Positions 54,546 to 64,000 of a stretch of 64,000 nt of DNA are shown in pieces (the stretch's first letter is position 1; every line of letters begins with the position of its first letter). Location of the stretch: assembly GCF_009914755.1 (NCBI RefSeq), contig NC_060937.1; one strand, 5' to 3'. This DNA is from the human T2T-CHM13v2.0 reference genome, Homo sapiens. The notes below the pieces were generated by a model. The model had not been told where the DNA came from, ran no database searches, and saw only the letters and a list, made by a program, of their open reading frames with translations. The position numbers and the translations under genes are program-made.

Positions 54546-55879
54546 CATTTGATTCTGACAATAACTTGGTGAAGGACACAGGGCAACCCCCCTGTTATTA
54601 TAGAAAAAAACACTGAGGCTCCGAGGAGTTAAGTGATGTCCAGAGGCTTGACAGCTAATAAACAGCAGAGTCTGGCCTAGCATCCAAGTCTTCTGACTTC
54701 AAGTCTAGTGCTTCTTTCCTGTATTCCTTGATCATTGAATCACTTGACCTGGAAATATGTGCTTTCACCTTTGTCAGAAAAATAAAGCCACTGGGATTTG
54801 AATCCTGGTGAGAAGCAATAATGTGAAGCTTCCAAATTCCATTGCTCTGTTTTTATTGTGTCTGTCTTATTTTAGAAACATATGTTTTAGGATGTACTGT
54901 GTAAATGCCAGTTTCAATTTTACAATGGAAAGTGAAAAACAGTGGCATGAGAAAATGTATATTTCACTTATATGTATGGCTTTCCCAAGGACATGTTTCA
55001 CTTTCAGTGGATTTCACAGTTTTTTTGTTATTTTATTTTATTTTTTTAGTGACATAGCCTTGGAGTAATGTTAAGTTACTCATAAAGAAGGGATTTTAAT
55101 GAATATCTGTGGAAGATACTCTTATTTATTGCTGGTGCCTTTCTTTCACTAACTAAATGTTATAGCCAGTCTCTGGAGCACATCATGATACTGAACCAGT
55201 TTTTCATCACCAGTTTCCATTCTCTTTTGAGCTCCCACACCCAGAAACCATCATGCAGAGGATCAATGGCCTTGTAGTGTAATCTGTTCTTTTTCTGTGA
55301 GTTACTGTTCCAGTCTGGTTCCTCCTGTGCTGAATTACTTCTTTCATGAAATAACCAAAATGAGGTGGGGGAGAGGATTGGGCAGGATCTCAGTATTTTT
55401 TGAAATGTTTTGAAGAGTAATTGAAAATTTAAACAAAATCAAAGAGAGAAAGCGTGGCCAAGCTGTGTGTGAGTTATTTTGAATTTACAAAACTGTTGTA
55501 CACATGTTTTTAAATATATATCCAGTTAAGAAATAGTGCCTGCAAGAACAGATTAGAACTGGGATGTAAATGAAAAATCTATATATGGATAAAAATCTTC
55601 TATATTATGAGGATATACTTGGTTTTGGACAAAAAAATAAAAAATAAAAAATAAACCTTTCCTTCAGAAATCTCTCAGAAGGGAACAATTTCTCTGGGGA
55701 CCATTCATTTCATTTGTCAACGATTCACTTCTACCTGCTGAATTACAGAGTCCTGATTAGCTTTCATACTTTATAAGAATCGATACTTTACTTGTCAAAC
55801 ATGATTCAACATTTGTCAATTGTACTTGGAAATACAAACAATTCAAAATATGTCTCAATCTCAGAGGATGTCCAACTTC

Positions 55880-56130
55880 TATTATTTTAATTTTTAATTT
55901 TAGTATTTAAAATTTTTTTTAACTTTTAATTTTTGTGTGTGCATAGTATTAAGTGTATATATTTGTAGAGTACATGAGATACTTCGATATAGGCATATAA
56001 TGCATAATAATCACATCATGATAAATGGAATAAATAACCCCTCAAGCATTTATCCTTTGTGTTACAAACAATCCAATTATATACTTTTAGTTATTTTAAA
56101 ATATACAATTAATTATCATTAACTATACCC
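55880..56130 (-). mobile_element. L1MA3-like 3' end, truncated at the minisatellite
   Basis: cataataatcacatca...cctcaagcatttatcctttgtgttacaaacaatccaattatatacttttagttattttaaaat. Confidence 0.85.
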
Positions 56131-56836
56131 TATTTTTATTAATAATGCTATACCATAGTATTATTTTATTAATAACACTATACCGTAGTATTATTTTATT
56201 AATAGCACTATACCATAGTATTACTTTATTAATAGCACTATACTGTAGTATTACTTTATTAATAGCAGTATGCTGTAGTGTTATTTTATTAATAGCACTA
56301 TACCATAGTATTATTTTATTAATAGCACTGTACTGTAGTATTATTTTATTAATAGCACTATACCATAGTATCATTTTATTAATAGCACTATACCGTAGTA
56401 TCATTTTATTAATAGCGCTATACCGTAGTATCATTTTATTAATAGCGCTATACCGTAGTATTTTATTAATAGTGCTATACCGTAGTGTCATTTTGTTAAT
56501 AGCACTATACCGTAGTGTCATTTTATTAATGGCACTATACCGTAGCATCACTTTATTAATGGCACTATACCATAGCATCACTTTATTAATGGCACTATAC
56601 CATAGCATCACTTTATTAATGGCACTATACCGTAGCATCACTTTATTAATGGCACTATACCATAGTATTATTTTATTAATGGCACGATACCATAGTATTA
56701 TTTTATTAATAGCACTATACCATAGTATTATTTTATTAATAGCACTATACTGTAGTATCATTTTATTAATAGCACTATACCATAGTATCATTTTATTAAT
56801 AGCACTATGCCATAGTATTATTTTATTAATAACATT
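56131..56836. repeat. AT-rich minisatellite (VNTR), 30-bp unit, 23 full copies plus a partial copy
   Basis: Consensus t(t/c)attttattaatagcactatacc(a/g)tagta. 11 units, one 27-bp unit (56461-56487), then 11 units. Confidence 0.97.
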
Positions 56837-56924
56837 ATCAGATTTCCTAAAATATGTATAGCTTTTCATACCTAAATTTCTACATTATGGTATTAAAAGC
56901 TATACATATTTTAGGAAATCTGAT
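56837..56924. repeat. Inverted repeat, 36-bp arms (35/36 match), 16-bp spacer
   Basis: atcagatttcctaaaatatgtatagcttttcatacc (56837-56872) pairs with ggtattaaaagctatacatattttaggaaatctgat (56889-56924). Confidence 0.97.
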
Positions 56925-58089
56925 CATAAAATGCATGTAGAAAGGTCTGTGAGGAAACATTTAATACTGGTACTTATATTCAGGTCAACATCTGGGTAAA
57001 AATGGGACTATAAGAATAATATACATATATTCTCTTTGTGATTAGTTGAAAGCTAGATCACCAAATTTAAAAGGATGGATTCACTTGTAAATAACTTTGA
57101 GTGTGTGTCTTTGAGCTTTTTATGGCTCAGTTCTCTATGTAAAGGTATTTGAAAAATGTTAGCATCTCCTTATATCGGTAATGTTTGTAGCAATTAAAAT
57201 ACTATGTTAATGCAGAGTAACATAGAAAGGTTGCTTGCATTTCAACCTTTGTAGTTTGGAAACCATTTAGAAATGTATTTCCTTATCCACTTTGCTATTA
57301 TGGAGCTAAGTGCTTGGAATATTATTTGAAGTGAGATTTCTATGAAATAAAATGAAACACAAAGGAAATGTGTATTTTTATATTTGCCTTTCAACCGATA
57401 ATACAGCATCTCCATGCGGATTGAATCCAAGCCTGTAACACAGTGAAGCCTCCTATTAGCAACAGTTCTGTGAGGCTCTTTGCTGAGGGTCTGCCTGTGT
57501 GCCATTCCTTCATGACAGCCATCCTCCTTTGATGACAATGTTCCTTTTATTGTGTTTATGAACTTGTTAAGAATTGTAGGAACCATGTTTGGAGATGACA
57601 CTGTTTCTACATTAAACGTTTGAACTTTAAATATAAATACAAGCAGAATTGAAGCTATGAAATTGGTCTGCCCTACTGTGTCTATTATATTGGGAGGGAA
57701 AGAGAATTGTAGAAGTAGGAGGTTGTAAGAAGGAAAGATTAATTGTTTAATTACAGCTGAATAGGAGAATAAAGGTAACAGGCTCATTGCATAATATCTA
57801 ATAATATCCAACCCCAACACACACACACGATAGAACAACATTGTTTTTGCCCAAAATTACTATTTTACAGAAAAGATTTATAATTACAGAGCTAAAAAGT
57901 AACATTCTGGAAAGATTAATATGCATATAGCACCAACAATGTTGTCAAACTTAAACTGAGTTTTCACCGTCCTGATAAATTGATAGAAGCTGTTCTTATC
58001 CACCCTAATCAAAGTTACTTTTTCTGTTTCTTTATAAATATATGTATTCAAATGAAAATCATAGTCCTAGTTTGCTCTCTGATCCCAGT

Positions 58090-58850
58090 TTAATGAAGGT
58101 AGTCAGGAAAGGTCTTTTGAGGAGGTGCTATTTGAACTGAGTCCTGATGGGACTACCGTGGGAAGGAGGTGTCCATGCTGAGTTGGAGAATGGCTTTCAA
58201 AGCAGAAGGAATGGAAAATGCAAAAGCCCTCAGAGGGAGTGAGCTTGCTATGGGGATGGGTGAGAGAGGTTAAAAAGAGTGGGAATGAGGTGAGGTTGGA
58301 GAATTCTGCAGAAGGCAGATTTTGCTGGACCTTGAAGACTATGATATGGAATTTGGATTTTTAATTACAAGGAGAACCCATGGAATGTTTGAAGAAGGAA
58401 AGTGACATCTAATGTTCATTTTAGAAGGATTATCCTTGTTTTTCTGTGTAGAAAGAAACAGAAAACAGGAGAGACCTTTGCAGTCATTTGAGCAAAATAT
58501 ACTGGTTCAGTTATGTATTCATTTGTCCAGTCAACAAAAATTCACTGGAGTCCCACCATATGCCAAGGAACTGCTGTAAGTCCTGGGGATACCATGGTTA
58601 TTAAGGTAAGGATCTTACTCTCATGGAGTTTTGACTAGTAGGAGGTTCAGTAGTGTTAAGTCCCATGAAGACAATACAGGTAATTCAATGGAATGGGAGT
58701 ATCTAATTACATTGAGTGTCAGGGTCATGGTGGATCCTGAATGACTACAGGAAGCCAAGCATGAGAAAATCTCCAGAAAGAACTTCAACCCAAGGGAAGC
58801 ACGAGTGCAAAGGGCCTAAGATGAGAGCACGCCAGGCATAAAACAACAAC
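58090..58850 (-). mobile_element. Two adjacent L2 fragments
   Basis: gtcaggaaaggtcttttgaggaggtgctatttgaactgag, ggaatttggatttt, and a second terminus tcatttgtccagtcaacaaaaattcactggagtcccaccatatgcca. Confidence 0.7.
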
Positions 58851-60789
58851 ATTGTGTCTGGAGGATTGAGTGACGGCGGCGTGGGCGGGGGAAGTATCTG
58901 GCAACTAGAGGGAATCAGCTGCAGCCTCATTAGCTGGGTGAAGTGACTTTCTGTGAGACTGTTGGGCAAATGGGCATGGAGAGAGAGAAAGAGATAAAGA
59001 TTGAAGAGGAGTTTATGGTGCTGTGTCAACTATTAATGTTTCCTTGGGACTAGCACAGGATGTATCCACCTGGTTAGGAGCCCCACACTCCTCAGGCCGT
59101 CATGTATAAAGCAGTTGGCTCATGAACTTCATTTTTGTCAAATTCCTGTTATCTTATTTAAATGGTAGTACTGGCTTTTAGCATTATTGTTATTTTGTTT
59201 TAAAAAAAACATTCTTAATGATAATTGTCAGGAATTGATTTTCTGCTCACTACTTCACTAAATTCTAAAATGACTATTGCTTAGAGGCAGATAAAATATC
59301 TTGTTCTTTAAGAACAACGTCGAGCTATATACATTGGGAATATCCCTCACACTGTTTAAAACCATATTGCTTTAAGTGGTGTATAATGCAACATTTATTG
59401 AACTATTTGAAAGTCCCTAATGTGCAGATTCACGTGAAATTACCCCATGTGTCTAGTTTGCACCACTTAACATCCTTTTAATGGAAGCAGGTGGAAAATG
59501 TGAAAAAAAAAATGACTAAAATGGCTGTCTTGCCTATTGTTTGAGCATGTAGTTGTTCTGACCAGAAAGTGAAAATTATTGAAAAGGAAAGTTGTTTTTT
59601 ATTAGCTTGAAGACCTGTTCCAGAACTGTTATTAAAGTGGATGCTAAGTGGAGTATGTGACATTTGCTTCATATGCACAGTGGATGATTGATTCCCTCAG
59701 CCTAACTGATAGAGTATTTTTTCTCCTGACCTTGGTGCAATTACATTATAGTTGCAATTTTCAACATTATATTTTAATAGAATTTTTGAATCTCTTTGTT
59801 ATTAATAAAGTTAAATATAATCAGAAATGAAAATCTCTGCTGAAATATTCACCTTGATACACTTCCACTTTGGGCTGCTTCCAGTTCCCGTCATTGCTTT
59901 GCCCAGAGTAAGCAATAAATGCACATTTGTTGGATTGGATGGGCACTCTTCCCCCACGGTTATTCCATCTCAAAAAGACCAAGGTGTTTTTCTTCAAATG
60001 GAAAAGTCTTCTAAGCAACACCCTCGAAATATGAAATCAGCAACAAAATTCATTACTTGAGATTTTTCATTTAGAGAAATGATCATAATGACATGCTGTG
60101 TTCACAAGTGAGATTTTCTGTCTTTAAGCTCTTAAAGTATAGTTTGCCTTTAAATTGCCTCCTTTTCTAAATCAAACACAGATTAAACACCCACATAATT
60201 ACTTTTCGGATAGTTTCTTTGCCACTGCATGGATGTGGAATGTGTTGAAAATTTGTAGTTATTATTGTTTGAATTTTAAGAGCTAAAATAATAAAACAGT
60301 TATGAAAACAAAAATCACCTACAATCTATTGAGGTAATATATGGTGTGGTTCCTTTCAGTCTTTTTTCTTTGCGTATATTATTTGAACTTAATATAAGAA
60401 GTTTTGAAGATGAGTGAATGTATGCCAATATTTGCTCAGAACAAAAGACAGGCAGATTTAGTTGGCAGATTATTCATATTTAGGGTGATACTTAACTGGT
60501 ATTCCAAACATATTTTTACAGTAGAATAATATCACTACACTGAATTAACTGTCCAAAATATAGCTAAAATTTTTTTAAAAGCTTCCTCAAAGGTTTTCTC
60601 TGTAAAAAAGGTCTTCTTTGTCTGCTCTTGATGGTTCTAGTTAGCAACATGAGAGAGAGAATATGCTTACACAAATTAAATGAAGGCCTTAAAAAGCACA
60701 GAGTAGAGATTTAATTAAAGACTGTTTTCCATATAAATTTGTGCTGAAAAGGAAATGTTGGTTGCTTAGGATGCACATTATTTTAATGC

Positions 60790-61010
60790 TGGGAGTCAGC
60801 ATTGGGTAGTGGTTAGAAACAGACATGGTGGTCACACCCCACCAGCTCCCCGTTTGTTAGCCCAGTGGCATGGGGCAAATTACTTAACCTCTTTCAGAGT
60901 CCCTATAAAACAACCTGTAGTAATATCTGCCTCATATGATTCTGTTAAGGAATAAATTAAACAATGCTTGCCTTGCAGTTTTAGGGACGTGAGAAAAATT
61001 AATAAAAATA
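60790..61010 (+). mobile_element. MIR
   Basis: gtagtggttaga...ggggcaaattacttaacctct...ctgcctcata. Confidence 0.65.
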
Positions 61011-61860
61011 ACCATCACACAGGACTGAATGTCTTCCGATCAGGCCAGGTGTATCTCATCCCATAACTGTTAATCAATTGTAGAACATGTTCTCTAAGCA
61101 GGACAGAAAGTTGAGAAAGAGCTAAAAATATCTTAGGATTCCATGTTTATAAAAGAAAAAGTCAAATGTCCCTGAATATTGAGTAATACATTTCTCATTG
61201 CTTAATATTAGGAGAATGTCTAGAAACACTGTTTCAGAATTTTTTCCTTTTTATTTACATCCAGAAATTACATAAAGCAAAAATGTTTTTGTTATTCCAC
61301 AAAGGATAACATGAATTTCAAGTAATTTATTGCTTTCAGTTGTTTTCAGATCTGTTTAAATGTGCTTATTTTTTCCGCGGTTGCTAAGTTATTGTAGTTG
61401 GACTTCATCGTCTCTCTGGGAATGATTTCTTCTTGAGCATTATTTTCTCTGCTCAGATGATTCCACCTTCTCCACCACTCCGCCACCAACAGACTTCTGA
61501 TATTTTCTTGACTAATGGAGGTGTGATCATTTTCTCTTTTGACCTTATAAAATAATGAGAGCTGCTGGAGTGCCCTTTGAGTTAAATCAATAGAAAGTGC
61601 TTCATGTATAATATCTCATTAATAGAGATGGCTAATGGCAAATGTGGGACAGTTTATGCAGCTGACAAGCAAAGCACCTGCCAGTATTTAAGGAATGGAT
61701 GACCTGTGACCACCGAGACACTTGAGAAAAAGTACAACTTCCGTATCTGGTGGAAATCTGCTCCTACCCTCCTTTGCAAGAGAGGATATTGTGTCTGGCT
61801 TTTCTTTGGTTCATAGCTGTGCCGCTTCTTTTTTCCAGATACATTTTAAGGGTTTCAGTG

Positions 61861-62298
61861 TGCCCCATGGTGGGTTCCCTGGGAAAAACACTCTGAGACA
61901 GATATTTGAGTGCAGGAAGTTTATCTCAAGAGAGAGAAAGAAACAGGATTGGGCAGAAGGAAAAGTTGAGCTTTGCTATAGTTGCCACGAGGCCCTCAGC
62001 TGGTGTCACCTCTGAGGCCATCTGCCTCTGTGATGGTCCTTCAGAGCTCTCAAGATTGAGGCAGGGAAGCTCAGCCCTCGTGCCCCAGCATCGACCAAGT
62101 TATTGGATGTTGGTTGTGTTAGGGTTAGGGCATAACCTTAGGCAAAGCAGCTCTCTTCAGCTAAGGTTGGATCCCGGAGAGAAACTCGGCTGTAAGCTGT
62201 TGGCAGCCAACCCTTCTGGCAGCTGAGACATCTCCTGTCCCATCCATTCCTCCATCCTGATGCGGGGATCTGAATGTCCCACCACCACACCTACTACG
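61861..62298 (-). mobile_element. ERVL solo LTR (LTR16-like)
   Basis: gggttccctggg...actctgagacag...gtgcaggaagtttat...aggattgggcagaaggaaaagttg...gcatcgacca...ttggatg. Confidence 0.75.
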
Positions 62299-62394
62299 CA
62301 GTGCAACATGGAGGAGTTGGCCTTAAATTTCCACTGAACTCTAAAAATCTTTTAAGACTCTGATGTTAGTAGCAGAAAATAACAAATACATGGT

Positions 62395-62429
62395 ATCATC
62401 ATCATCATCATCATCTTCATCATCATCAT
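62395..62429. repeat. (ATC)n trinucleotide repeat
   Basis: Explains the poly-S and poly-D ORFs. Confidence 0.9.
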
Positions 62430-62813
62430 TTTTAAGTTTAAAAATACATGTAATACTGAGGTTGTTTTTGTTGTTTTGTCTACAGATAATAGAAAAAAAA
62501 TGTGTGAGAGAGAGGTTTTTGGTCTTATTTGTCAAACGTTTTCATTGAATTATTTTATTCCAGTTTAGTTTTGCTGTTGGAACTTAAAGTTAAGAAGCCT
62601 TGACTTCTGTGTCATATGTTTCCCGTAGATTATTTGGAAACAGGACCACATTTGAAGTTACTGGGAATATTAGGCCCTTCTCTGGGGAAACACTACCTTT
62701 CTTCATGGATGTTTGGTTATGGGACATAGTACTTTCTAAATGTTGTGCACCTACCCCCAACGCACAGACCACCTGATCCTAGTGATGAGTGTTTGGGATA
62801 TACCTGTCACTTT

Positions 62814-63034
62814 CAGGGCTGGGACAAGGGTAGGGCAAATGAAATACTTACTTTGGGTGCAAGATTCAAAAAGTAATCCAAAAAATTTTCAAAAATTAAT
62901 ATATTTAATGCAATATTTTAAAATGAAAATTAATGCAAAATTCGTGATGAATGAATTACAAAAGTTTTAAGTAGAGACAGTATTTTTTATTTTACTTTTT
63001 GCCTCAGCTTTTACTGTGGCTCGGCTGGGTACTG
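62814..63034 (-). mobile_element. hAT DNA transposon (MER96B-like)
   Basis: Begins cagggc and ends gtactg; internal tttaatgcaatatttt...aaaattaatgcaaaa. 8-bp TSD gtcacttt (62806-62813) / gccacttt (63035-63042), the hAT hallmark. Confidence 0.75.
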
Positions 63035-63639
63035 GCCACTTTAGCAACATTGAAATAATCTGATACACCGATTCCCACTTCCATGTACTTGGTTAAATGA
63101 TCAGTTCCAAAAGCACCTCAAATGAAATCTATGTAAATACTTCCTATCAATTCTAAAAACGTAGGGAAAGGAATATATTTAAATGTATGAGTTCATTGTA
63201 CACCAACCACAACCTAAGGCAGACCTCTGGGAGCTGGAAGCTGGCATCAGGCTGAAGAAGATGGAAATGAGAAAAGGATCAAAAGATTAAACCGGTTTCA
63301 CCAAACAGTCAATTCCAGGACACAGCCAGCGGTCAAATCCCAGAGTCACTGAGTTTCAAAGCTGAGAATCAGTCCTGGAGTCAAAGCCAAGTCGAAATAG
63401 TGTAAGGATCACCATGCTCCAGTAATCTCAGAAGAGAGTTTGTTGTGAAACCAGCACTGCTTGGCTTCCTTTCTAGTGACTGATCTTGTCAATTCCTAAA
63501 TTAAAAACTGCAAACCTCTCACCATTTCCTATGGCATAAATTCCAAACTTCACATAATATGGCTTTCATGTGTCTCACCCCTCTCCCAGCTCCACTTTCA
63601 CAAAGCACATTACAAGGCAAATGTCGCAAATACAGACAG

Positions 63640-63900
63640 CTCTGGCTGCAGCCACAATACCCTCCCTACCCACTCCCTTAGGCACAGGTGCTCTGCAGCC
63701 CACGGCTTTATTTCCTTCTTTGATTTCTCCTCCCGCCAAATGACTGCTCCAAAGCAAGATTTAATTGAATGTCATTTCCTCTTTGAAGCCTTTACCACCT
63801 CTCCCAGGTTGGGCTAAGGGCAGAAACTTCTTCCTCACTTAGAGCCCATTGTACTGATATATAATTACATGTTTACATGTCTGTCTCCTAATAGGCTTTT
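63640..63900 (+). mobile_element. L2 fragment
   Basis: aatgtcatttcctctttgaagccttt...gtttacatgtctgtctcc. Confidence 0.6.
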
Positions 63901-64000
63901 ATTTGTTGTTTTGTTAGTAACATTACTAGTAGTGATGAAAATTATTGTAACAGAAACTGTTTAGATGATACTTCCTATAGCTTCTATAGTCTAGGCAATG

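Noticed and set aside
56131-56924. CRISPR-like array (30-bp palindromic repeats followed by an AT-rich hairpin containing aatttctac)
   Set aside because: Units are head-to-tail with no unique spacers, there are no cas genes and the context is primate DNA; it is a minisatellite.
57242-57841. 199-aa minus-strand ORF
   Set aside because: Non-ATG start, no recognisable domain, composition typical of AT-rich non-coding DNA.

Overview
AT-rich, CpG-depleted primate genomic DNA (human or great ape, judged from AluY and L1PA2/3-type elements). I find no convincing protein-coding exon, RNA gene, CpG island or CRISPR array. The window is a mosaic of interspersed repeats: seven near-full-length Alus, several L1 fragments of different ages, many L2/MIR remnants, three ERVL/MaLR solo LTRs and hAT DNA transposons. 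It also holds microsatellites and one processed HNRNPA1 pseudogene on the minus strand. Most L1s, all three LTRs and the retrocopy are on the minus strand, which suggests a large intron of a plus-strand transcript; I cannot name the locus. Almost all supplied ORFs are repeat-derived or chance. I found no evidence of a new multi-gene system. The most unusual structures are: (1) a complex at 55.9-56.9 kb in which an L1 truncation junction runs into a 23-copy quasi-palindromic 30-bp minisatellite and then a 36-bp near-perfect inverted repeat; (2) a dense CAGAC/GTCTG (SMAD-box) plus TGACAG cluster at 49.0-49.3 kb; (3) a rearranged HNRNPA1 retrocopy; (4) a fold-back mutation inside an Alu. Repeat subfamily calls come from recalled consensus motifs, not from a database search.
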